Positions 10,208-20,000 of a DNA stretch of 20,000 nucleotides are shown here, piece by piece. Source of the DNA: Atractiella rhizophila (taxonomy: Eukaryota); assembly GCA_021432655.1 (NCBI GenBank), contig MU271257.1, forward strand, positions 98,224 to 118,223, given 5' to 3'. The notes under the pieces were generated by a model. The model did not search any database, was not told where the DNA came from, and was given only the letters and a program-made list of their open reading frames with translations. Both the position numbers and the translations under genes were made by a program. Every line of letters begins with the position of its first letter. Positions within the stretch are counted from its first letter, which is position 1.

Positions 10208-11146
10208 TTACGTGCCCCCCAGCCTACTTCCTACCCCATCCGTACCCTGCACTTTCGTATGATCTGCCGGGTTGGCTTTCAGCTCATAAACAGTAATCAT
10301 AGGTTGTTCCTTCGAAAAAACAATTAGCAAGAAATAAGAATGGCGAAAAGGGCAGAAATGACGAAGAAATAATGAGACGAACCTTAAATTCTGAGAATTC
10401 GCCTTTGAAACCGATGTAGTAGACACGCGTGGAATCCTCTCCGTGGTTTGAAGGAAAGAACAGCGACAGATTCTTCACCACTGGAAATTTTGCCACTCTG
10501 TGAGTTTTATCAGAAGGATCAGCGCCAACTGGAGTTCAGAGACAGAAGGAGTAAGGAGAAGGAGGACCTTAATGGATATTCTACCGCTTCTCGCGAGATT
10601 GGAATGTCGATTTCTTGGGTTCCAACCGATGAATCAGCTTCATTGAAATCTAGCGTTCGGTTCGAAAACTTGGTCGTGATTTCAATAAAATGTCTCCATT
10701 GTTGAGAAAGACGCACAATTTTGAGCTTGTTTGCCGTGTTTCCTGACAAAATGTCAAAGGTCATGAATGTTTCAGAACGAAGGAGGGATACACACCGGAA
10801 GGTCCAGATTTAACTATTATTGAGCGCAGCTTCACATTACCCGTGAAAGGGACCTGAATAATGAGCTGCTCGTCCGCGTCGCTTTCTACAAACTGCCCAT
10901 CCAGACCAGAGGAAAATCAACAACATTGTTTTCTTGTCTAAGCTCTGCAACATGACGAACCTTGCTCTCATCTAATCGTTCATCCCAAGGCTTGAACACA
11001 TTTGTGGCCTTGTTTTCAACGGCATTCAAGAACTGCACGTTCTCGATATCAATCTTGCTAAACAGCAAATCCTGCGTGCCTTCCCCTGCGACAAGGTGTG
11101 AGTCGTCGTTTTCGTGGCCGCAGTGCGCGTCGTGGACATGTGGCAT
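10208..11146 (-). CDS. PITHD1: PITH-domain protein (PITHD1-like; proteasome-interacting thioredoxin domain)
   Basis: Spliced: MPHVHDAHCGH...LFSKIDIENVQFLNA...VFKPWDERLDESKFVESDADEQLIIQVPFTGNVKLRSI...EYPLRVAKFPVVKNLSLFFPSNHGEDSTRVYYIGFKGEF...TVYELKANPADH...*. ESDADEQL and TRVYYIGFKG are PITH hallmarks. Confidence 0.93.
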
Positions 11147-11388
11147 CCTGCTCACTGGCCAGAAATTTCAGAAGGTCTCCAATTCGCGTAAAAGTCAGAT
11201 ATAAGTCAAAGGATTGATAAAGGGTGGAGCAAGCGGTCACGTCCGATCATCCAAAACAGGAAGTTGGCCGGAGATAAACGGAGAATGTCTCGACGTAATT
11301 TCGTTGTTCCATTTCCATTTCAGGACAGGTGCAGGCAGAAGAGATATTAGATATTTAGGCCTGATTTCTTTGCCACAAAGCAACGACA

Positions 11389-14300
11389 ATGCAGCGCACG
11401 AACTTGTTACTGATACTTTCTTTGGCGATACTGATCATCCTGGTATTTGCGCCAACCGCAAATGCTTTTGGTGAGTTCAATCTTGAAAACCGTTAGTCAG
11501 GACGTTTTGGTGATGTTTGATATGGAACAGGTGCTGGCAATATTCCTAGTTTCGCCTATCTCGAAGGTATGCATTGCACAAAATGTCCAGAGATGAGTGA
11601 TAAATTTGCGGCACCAGGCAAGGCGTTCAGGCATGGAGATATCGAAGGTTTGTGTTCACTTTATGGAAGATCTCTCGCTGATCAACAATATCATCTTGAT
11701 AGATATACTAGAAGGAATCAAGAAAGGTGGTGGATTGTTGGGGAGAGGAAAGTTTGGAGGATTGGGTACGTTTCCCTTTTTTTCACCAATTTTGATGAAT
11801 TTTGATCGATGTGGCAATAGATGTGAAACGGGTATACTTTGGCAACTGGTACAGTTTTCTACTGTTCTATCTGGGTTATCGAAAATTCTGAAAGACTTAG
11901 CTGACAATGTGTGTTGTAAAGGCTTAGAGATTACAGTCAAGCGATGGACGTTGCTGGCCTCACTAAGCTATCTAAACAAACGATCATCAACTTATGCATG
12001 GTGCTCGGCTTTCTGGCTCACGGATATGTAGGTTTCTGAAATTTCCCAGAAGAGTAAATGTGACAATCATCAGGCAACTGGAGAATTCGAGGTCACAGAA
12101 GAACGACTTGGCGTTTATCTGCCTGTCGAGCATGTAAGCTGTTTTTCGGCAGCTAGTAGATTGCGACTTTCTTACAACATTCGCGACTGGTTGACAGATC
12201 GACAATCCCAAGGATTACAACTCGAACAAAGATGCACGTACGGTTCATCCGCAGCTGAGACCACCTGTGGAACCTCGCGAACTTGAGGTTTGTCTCACCG
12301 CCTTCTCTTCTTTCCAAGCGCTCATCGATAAATTCTCAGATCGACCCTCGAACGGGAATGAAGGTTTATCCATGGTCTACGCCCAATCAGACTTGTGTAT
12401 GTTGACAACAGTTTAGAATTACATTGCGAACGAAACCGGCGGTTGGGATACCTCCTCTGCACTCATTCGCCGAGTCCTTGAAAAGTGCATTGAAACTGGA
12501 AGGAGGTATAGGGCATCGAAAAATATTGCAGATGAATACGAGAGTTATCGGCTGTTAGGTACCGCATTGCATACTTTGGAGGATCTGGCAGCTCACTCGT
12601 ACGTTACTGTCAGCGTTGCAGAGATCTGTTGAAATGTGACACAGTAATTGGTGCGAGATTTCACTTGTACGCTTGGGCTATCGGAAGGTGTTTTGCCATG
12701 TTGGAGATGCTGGTACGTAGCCCCCTTCCACATTTTGCATGGCATTAAAGAAGTTCCATTGACGGCACATTGCAAGTGATCATTCAAACGCCAAACGGTC
12801 CCGCTCCCCCTCTCGTCACGGGCACATTTGGGAGCGACGATTTTATCCATTCCCTCCTTGGAGAAGCAGGTGACAAGTTGAGCGAGGCGTCCGTCAGCGA
12901 CTTGAATAAGGCTATCGACAATGTACTGCCATCCTCCCCCTCTTGGCGGAGCACAGTTTGACGATGGGTTATGGATAGGCCCACAACACTACAGATAGAG
13001 GAGGCGGAGGAGATACCCTGAGGAACCTCATATTCTCTTTACCTGGGGGAATTGGAAACGATCCGGAGCTCAGTAGGGGAATGGCAGAATGTGAAGGTGC
13101 GCCGTTCAATTCTTTCCCTGTAGTTGCCATAGGAATAGCTCACTACTTCCATAGGTATAAGATCGAGAGCGGCGAATATAGATCCGTCCCAAATGAGTCC
13201 TCAGGACTTGCATGCTACACTTTGGAAGGTCCTGACGTTTCGTGACAACGTACGTATTCTCTGGGTTAGAGTTCCTGAGAGTTGCTGATGACACCTGGTA
13301 AGGTCGTGAAATCAATCGAGAATACCATCGAGAAGATTCCTGGCTTGAGTACTTTGGTTGGGAAGATCACAGACTCTATAAACAAGTGTACGCGTCCCCA
13401 CCTTACCACGTTAAGGAATACAGGACTTGAGAACTGAAAGATGCACGTTCTACCAGTCGTCTTTGTAACGCTGGAACCTTACCTCAAGGTAGGCTTCTCA
13501 AAAATACACTGAACGTGTTGTGATGCGTTCTGTTGTCTTAGCCTCTCCTTTCTTCTGCTACCGGAGCGCTCCAAACAGGGTCAGCGGAGATCCTCAACAA
13601 TTCAGATCAGGTCCGTCACACTTGCTGCCCATTAGGATATACTAATCAACTTTTAATGATTTTAGTTTCAAGTCTTCGATAACCCTCAAGCTAGTGATCC
13701 AACTCATTCGTTTTTGTCGAAAGATCACTTCAACTTGATTCTGAACGAGGTGTGTCCTGTCGTTCAGCTTTCGGGCTAGGATTGACCCGTTCCGTAGCCT
13801 GCTGGAAACCTCGCAAAGATCATCGTGAACCATACGGTGAACTTAGTGGTAAAGGTATATCGCTTGTTTTCTGTTGAATAATCGCAGGCCTGAAAGCCCT
13901 TGAAGGCATGGGAAAAGTCAGATGTAAACGTTCGCCAGACTATCGATACTATCCTGGAGGCGCTCCACCACCCCTACTTTCTGAACGAGCGATCAGCAGT
14001 GCAAAAGGAAATGGGTGCGTTTTCGTCCCTCCCTCCTCCCCTGTGATCCAGAGCTGAAGAGATTGCTCCAGGCACTTATATGAAGCAATGGATCGAAGGC
14101 ATGTCTCCAGCAGACAAGGAATTTATCTTGAAAGGACTCGAGCGGGTATACTTTCTTCTGCTCGACCATCCAGAGCTTGTTAACCGATACTATCTGATTT
14201 GTGAATAGGATTCGGTGCGAGCAGGGAAGAACAAACGAAAGGGTTCCAAGGAGGAACAAGTCGGCCATGGCCAGAACGGGCAATACCAATCTTTCCTACC

Positions 14301-14862
14301 GCCTCCTTCCGAACTGTTAGGGAAGATAGGCCAACAAGCGAATGCCAGCATCCCAGGTTTTTCTCAAGCTACTTCGTACTTCCAGTCAACCCAAGGAGTT
14401 GGACGCGACATGCCTTCTCCATCCTATGCTCCTCCGCCTGGCCCACCAAGGGACTTCAACACCCGAGAATTCGCGCCTCCTCCTGGACCACCCAGTGGAT
14501 ATTCTTCGCCTCCCATTCGTCCCCCATCTCCTTCGAGATACGGCGGATCGCCTACTTCTTATGGACCGCCTCAGCCGCAGCATCATCAGCATGGGCACCA
14601 CGAACATCACGAACGCAGGGACTATAGGGGGGAGTCGCTCAGCTACTACGATACGAATACGAATACAAGTTATGCTCCCCCTGGAATGCCCCCACCGGGG
14701 GCACCTCCGTCTGCCATGCCTGATGCCTCTTCCTACGGTGGATATGGAGCGCCTCCCTCTGGCCCTCCTGCTCCCGGTGGATTCCCGGATGCTCAGAACT
14801 ATGGCGGGTATAATCCTCAGTACTATGGTGGAGGACAACAAGGAGGAAAGCCTTGGTATTGA
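11389..14862 (+). CDS. het-c: Het-C domain protein (heterokaryon incompatibility protein C homologue) with signal peptide and Pro/Gly/Tyr-rich tail; about 20 introns
   Basis: MQRTNLLLILSLAILIILVFAPTANAFGAGNIPSFAYLEGKAFRHGDIED...KRVYFGNWLRDYSQAMDVAGL...ERLGVYLPVEHIDNPK...GMKNYIANE...RLLGTALHTLEDLAAHSNWCE...PLVTGTFGSDDFIHS...SDPTHSFLSKDHFNLILNEPAG. These are characteristic Het-C motifs. Last exon ends GGKPWY*. Confidence 0.93.
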
Positions 14863-15210
14863 GAATTGAGACAATGAACGATTGGAATTCTTTACGAGCA
14901 GAATGTTGTAAGGCTTTGAAACAATGTTGATCGAAACAAAGTGTAATTAGGCTCTCTTTTATAGACATTTGATTATCAAATAACTATCTCTCCATATTAT
15001 TCTCCTTGTGCATAAGTCGCTAGTATACTGTGAAACAGTGGACGGTTCAGCATCACGTGAAGATTTTCTGACGCGCATTTCGTTACTGAAACCCAAAAAA
15101 CGACGGCAATGTTGGTGGGACATATCATTTTCTTATCCTGTGGTCAACTTGACATGGCTCATGCACCCACGTCGCTGGAATGCATGCTCCAGTGGCGAAT
15201 TTAGGGAAGC

Positions 15211-15228
15211 TTTTCGCGACGCGTAAAA
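15211..15228. promoter_or_regulatory. Putative composite SCB/MCB (G1/S) element upstream of the kinase gene
   Basis: TTTTCGCG (CGCGAAAA on -) directly abuts ACGCGT, followed by AAAA, about 350 bp upstream of ATG 15575. An extra ACGCG core lies at 15071-15075. Confidence 0.4.
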
Positions 15229-15574
15229 CTCCAACTGCTTGTTTTGGTATGATCTCATTTGGAGAGCGGGACATGGGAAAGGGGGGAAGCTTTGACCCTA
15301 TAAAACCACCAAGTCTTGGTTTCTCGCCACCATTCTGCTCGTCTTTCCGATATCTCTGTTGGTGCTTGGTGCTCCTCCGTTGCTTCGTTTTCTGCTCAAT
15401 CTGCCCGTCAAGTCTGAAGGACTGGGCGATCGAGCGATAGAGCATATCAACATCTTCCTTCTTCGCTCTTTTGAGATCACACTACTTTACTTCGTATCAT
15501 AGTCGTATAACATATCATTTTCTCGAGACTCCGCACAGCAACAACACGACCCTCTTCTCCTCAAGTCGAACAAG

Positions 15575-18500
15575 ATGTCTCGAGTTCCTCAACCGTACAA
15601 GNNNNNNNNNNNNNNNNNNNNNNNNNNNNNNNNNNNNNNNNNNNNNNNNNNNNNNNNNNNNNNNNNNNNNNNNNNNNNNNNNNNNNNNNNNNNNNNNNNN
15701 NNNNNNNNNNNNNNNNNNNNNNNNNNNNNNNNNNNNNNNNNNNNNNNNNNNNNNNNNNNNNNNNNNNNNNNNNNNNNNNNNNNNNNNNNNNNNNNNNNNN
15801 NNNNNNNNNNNNNNNNNNNNNNNNNNNNNNNNNNNNNNNNNNNNNNNNNNNNNNNNNNNNNNNNNNNNNNNNNNNNNNNNNNNNNNNNNNNNNNNNNNNN
15901 NNNNNNNNNNNNNNNNNNNNNNNNNNNNNNNNNNNNNNNNNNNNNNNNNNNNNNNNNNNNNNNNNNNNNNNNNNNNNNNNNNNNNNNNNNNNNNNNNNNN
16001 NNNNNNNNNNNNNNNNNNNNNNNNNNNNNNNNNNNNNNNNNNNNNNNNNNNNNNNNNNNNNNNNNNNCAACCGCTTGGTCCTCCCGACCCCTCTCGCGCA
16101 GGTTCGAACACACCCCTCAATCCAGCTGACTATCATTACCCGAACTAGTGACGGCACCACCGACAGACTCTTCCTCCCCCTCCCCTGTAGCCTGCAAGAC
16201 CGTAGAGGCCTTACCAGCTCTACGCACATGCAAAGCTAACGGGCGGCAGTGCTAAAACCCACCTACTCGCCCTGCATCAGCTTCACCACGGGCAGAGGTA
16301 AAGATCTGCAGTACACAACTCTTTGTCGCCCTTCTCTTGTTCACTACTGCTTGGGTCTCGCGCTCCGGGCTATAGAAGGAGAAGCAACTTTAAAAGGTTC
16401 AAAGAGCGAGCTATGAAGCAGTTGTTCTTTATTTTCTGGAAAAGGGTTAAAAAGGATAGGCTACCTCTAACAATCGCCATTGAAAATGGACTTTACTTCT
16501 TTCTGTTTGAGGAAACTCTAGTTGCGTAGATGTTATTGGGAGAGACCTCCTAACATGGTGTTTTGGGACTCTAACCGCTCTTATAGCTGCAGCTACAGAA
16601 GTTAAGATAGCTACCCGGAAAGTTAGAGAACGCCTCAGCCGCCGAGGTTCATGAACCCCGGTTGAGCTCCTCCAGCAGAGCACTTGGTTCCTACTCGTGC
16701 TTACGGAAGGTAGACAGAGTTATTGCCTGGCAATGCTACCCCCTTGACTCCCCTTCGCTTTACCTCACTTTGCGTGCCATTAGGCAAAGAACCCCAGTTG
16801 GAGGTTGTAGGAAGACTAGTTCAGGACATGGTAAAGACCTTCAAGTGCCCCGTACTATTTAAAGGGTTGGAACTGGAATCTATTCTCCCAAGACTATAAG
16901 AGTAGCAGCTTACCTTCAGCCGGATGCGTGGTCACGTTCTTCAAATAATTGCTCCACTTGCTTGTAACTTCCATCGTTCCCTCTCTTGCGTGGTTGCTCT
17001 TCGCGCTTCTCTTACTATGGTGTCCTGGTCTATAGCCTTCTTCTCGGTACTATCACGCATGGGACGAGGCGGTTTAAGTTGAAGTTAAGCTCTACTCTAC
17101 TTCCCGCTGCTTGTCTCTGCTAAAGCCCTGACCGCATCACTCCTGATGGCGTCGACCAGAGGTTGTTAAATAAGAGAGAAAGGTTACGACGGTAGGGTTT
17201 TAGTCGCTAGAACTACAAAGATAGGGACAAGGTATTTTATCGTAGTAATGTTGAATGTGAAGGTTCCGTCTTGCACCTTTCCCTCAGTTTCCCCTGTTCT
17301 CCATGATTGAACAGTTCGTCTTCCAAGAGTCCGAATTCCAGTGCTACCGTTTATAATTTGGACACCGTCATCAGCTACGGCCTTTATTCAACAACCTTCA
17401 TAACTTCGCGAAGTAGAAGAGGATTAGACGGCGCTCTCTGTTCTATCAGTTTGTCGAGGGGCGGAAGGTGTATAAGGTACTACTCTATGGACCTGCTTCC
17501 GGGCTTGAACAGTTATACATGTGTATCTCCCCTAGTCCCTGCGGCCCTTATCTCTCCTCTCTGTTTGTTAAGCGAGGGGCAAAGGGTGTGCAGCATGTTC
17601 GCTTCCTACAAGCCTACAAGCTATTCGAAGTACTAGTGTTAGAGAGCGATAATTGTGTTGTTCTGGTTAAGCAGTCTCCTTTCTCTCTGAACCCTTTTCT
17701 ATTATCCTTGCTTGGAGTTACGGGGTTGTAGTAGAATAGCCGAAAGCGCGGCCGAAGTAAATAGCTGTAAGAGCTTAAGTTGTCGTCGACGGACCCCTGC
17801 TAGAAGCAAGACGGGAGTACCGGTGATCCAGCTTCAGGAGGCGACGCCGCAGAAAGGATCATACGTCCACAAGGAGAGAGAGCCTACTTTCGTTGAAGTG
17901 GATCCTTCTACTACTCCCGCTCCAGTTATACCCATTCATATTCCGCACGTGGAAGACGCGGCCATGCAGAGGTTTTTTCACGATATTGTCGACCAACTCC
18001 AGACTATGTCTGTTAAGACAGCTTCCGTGGGGTCTGCTTCTCCGTCTCTCTTCGGCGGTAGCACCACGCCCTCTTCAATGGACTCCCCTATGCTTGGTGA
18101 AGGGAGTGCCTGTGTTGGTGGTAATCATTCTCCAGCTGTTGGGAGTGGAGCTGGCGAGAAAGCAGTTGATAACAGATTTGAGGATGCGGAGGGAGACTAC
18201 AGCATGGTGGACGTTGAGGCTCTGAACGCAGCAAAAGTCAAGCTTCCGGAGCGTCCTCCTCTCTCAGCTCGCCCAACCGCCCTTCATCGCACGTCTACGC
18301 GAACGACGAGCTCAAATCCGAGTCGTCAGTCTTCTGGTTCATCTGTCATTGGCACTCGAGGAGGTCGAGGCGTATCTGGACAAGCTCCCACCACTTCCGT
18401 GGCGATGCTGAACCCTGGTTCTCTCCCCACTAAACCTCAGCTCGTTGCTGTTGGCCAGCAGCAGCACGTTAGGTACTCGATCGACAATAAAGAGAATCAG

Positions 18501-19408
18501 TTCGCTGCTGGTAAAAGGTCGAGCATACAGCAGGAAGGGCCAAAAGGCATTCTGTCACCCACGAAGAACGAGAAGCGGACGACATTGGGATTGGCTATTC
18601 AATCCGTGGAGGTGCCTAGGTTTGACGGTAGCGAAAAGTCTGGAGGTCTGTTGAAGAAGAGGAAGGGTGCGTCACAACATTTCGTTTCGCTCGAAAGAAC
18701 CTGAGTCTGACGGTTTGTCGCAGCAGTTCCCGACACAACTAACTCCCCTATTCTTAGCGATCCCATGAGCCCAAGACAAAGCTGGTTCGCCAACCTCTTT
18801 AACTGGAAGCAACTGGTACTTTCCATCTATCTTACTCAGAGCATGTACTAATGATAATGGGCGGGAATAATAACAGAGCCACACGCTCCTTTCGACTGAC
18901 AACATCTCTGCGACGAGGAGCGAGTGCAAGAAGATCCTTACTTCCTTTGGCGTTGTCGTCATTGTCGAAAATAGCGAAGGAAATGCTGTCTTAAAATGCA
19001 GAGTCGAGGAGATAGTTGGTTCGTCTTCCCTTGCTGCTTCATTCTTCCTTTCCTTCTAAACGTCTGGTATGTGGAAAAGATTCGAACTCGAACAGCTCGG
19101 TCCTTAAACCTGTCAAGTTTCGTGTCGACTTCACCTCTCATAACACTGTCAGTCCGACTCTGAGTGGACACCCATCGCCTAAGCTGAATGAACCGAAGCA
19201 CATCACCTGCCTTAACATGGTGATGGAAAAAGGAGCGCATTCCACCTTTAGAGCCATCTACAATCGTCTGAAGAAGGAGTGGGAGTATGTCTTTCTTTTC
19301 ATCCATCTCTTCAATCGTTGATTGATTGACATTCGGCGCAGACTTGATACTGGTCGCTCTCCTGTGATAGCGCAGGGCTTCCAGCCTGAAGCTATGATGA
19401 TGGTTTGA
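15575..19408 (+). CDS. gin4: Nim1-related Ser/Thr kinase (Gin4/Hsl1/Kcc4/Cdr2 family) with C-terminal KA1-like domain; interrupted by an N gap and a mirror-reversed block
   Basis: Probable start MSRVPQPYK before the gap (start is tentative). The kinase and UBA-like region is recovered by reading 17806->16068 backwards ([57 protein letters not shown]). Forward exons from 17807 include SPRQSWFANLFNWK, KPVKFRVDF and EKGAHSTFRAIYNRLKKEWE. TGA at 19406-19408. Exact orthologue within the family is not resolved. Confidence 0.82.
15602..16067. other. Assembly gap (466 N)
   Basis: Run of N. It is expected to hold the kinase N-terminus including the glycine-rich loop, which is not seen elsewhere in the window. 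Confidence 0.99.
16068..17806. other. 1,739-bp block that is reversed but not complemented (mirror-image sequence) encoding kinase subdomains II-XI and downstream region
   Basis: Reading the + strand right-to-left without complementing gives kinase exons separated by 8 GT...AG introns. HRDLKPEN at 17347->17324, DFG at 17203->17195, [12 protein letters not shown] at 17158->17123. Confidence 0.95.
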
Positions 19409-19736
19409 TCCTTTCTGTGTAAGCTTGGTCGACTTTCTGGCTTCGATGAGTTTTGTAAGACTCAGAAGTTATGTACGGCTGATTGTGAAACAATTTCTTT
19501 TGTCAAGTATTGATTCTTGTTAACTACAACATCCTCCTAATGCGACTACACTTGATATCCTATGATACACATCGAACAAAATAGTCAAACAAGTGGGTTG
19601 AAAGAAGTACAAACATGCGAATGCAGTGATGAGTTCTAGAAAATGCAGTTGTGTCCGTTGGTGATAAATGAATACTGAAATGTGGTCAAGTCCATTATGC
19701 AAAGCTGTCCATCTCAGTCGCAGTCATTACGACGAA

Positions 19737-20000
19737 TCAATCGCGCCTGGTAATCCATCCCTGTGCAACAGCACGTCTGATATCCCACCTCCACTTCTCA
19801 CGTTCAATCATTGCCAATGTCTCCTCCCTCTCCCTCCCACTCAAGTAGGTTTTAACTATATCTCGATAGTAGACGGGCTCCGAAACATCGTCATAATACA
19901 TTGATTTATGTGCTTCATGCGAAATAGGAAGAGGGGAGAGGTGGATAGGGTGTTCTGGAGAGGAGTACCAAAGCGCATGAAGTGCCTTTGCTTGGAGCGG
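19737..20000 (-). CDS. 3' end of an unidentified protein-coding gene (runs off the window)
   Basis: Stop-free frame from the window end: PLQAKALHALWYSSPEHPIHLSPLPISHEAHKSMYYDDVSEPVYYRDIVKTYLSGREREETLAMIEREKWRWDIRRAVAQGWITRRD* (TGA at 19737-19739), convergent with the kinase gene. No family recognised. Confidence 0.5.
   Translation of the reverse strand, partial: PLQAKALHALWYSSPEHPIHLSPLPISHEAHKSMYYDDVSEPVYYRDIVKTYLSGREREETLAMIEREKWRWDIRRAVAQGWITRRD

Noticed and set aside
14342..14968. Overlapping and antisense ORFs over the Het-C last exon
   Set aside because: They are shadow frames of a GC-rich, low-complexity coding exon.
15471..16229. Long ORFs spanning the N run
   Set aside because: They are artefacts of translating Ns.
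16323..17731. Short ORFs listed in the track (16323-16529, 16447-16683, 16662-16862, 17307-17636, 17468-17731) and the first ~32 codons of ORF 17712-18704
   Set aside because: They are chance frames within the mirror-reversed block.
16150..17800. RIP-degenerated repeat or decayed pseudogene (TAG/TAA-rich, no ORFs)
   Set aside because: The odd composition is explained by mirror reversal of a nearly intact kinase gene (e.g. GAT becomes TAG).
16068..17806. Ordinary chromosomal inversion of the kinase domain
   Set aside because: A true inversion would show kinase exons in the minus-strand frames. None appear there; only the non-complemented reverse translates.

Overview
Intron-rich eukaryotic DNA, most likely from a basidiomycete fungus (short 45-75 nt introns, CTRAC/TTGAC branch points, basidiomycete-type proteins). 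From left to right: first exon of an Rrm4-like RRM protein (-); a ~583-bp MITE with perfect terminal inverted repeats and a large internal hairpin; a sugar-acid catabolism trio (ACS-family MFS transporter, DHDPS-family GaaC/Lga1-like aldolase, and a divergently transcribed GaaB/Lgd1-like enolase-superfamily dehydratase); an arylamine N-acetyltransferase apparently using two consecutive GC-AG introns; a PITH-domain gene divergent from a Het-C gene; a Gin4/Hsl1/Cdr2-type (Nim1-related) kinase gene; and the 3' end of an unknown gene (-). The most striking observation is that 16068-17806, next to a 466-N gap, is meaningless in all six frames but encodes most of the kinase catalytic domain plus its UBA-like region, with 8 GT-AG introns, when the + strand is read backwards WITHOUT complementing. 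It rejoins the forward gene in frame at 17807. This is most probably a gap-filling or assembly orientation artefact and should be checked against raw reads. All translations were done by hand; family assignments rest on recalled motifs, not database searches.
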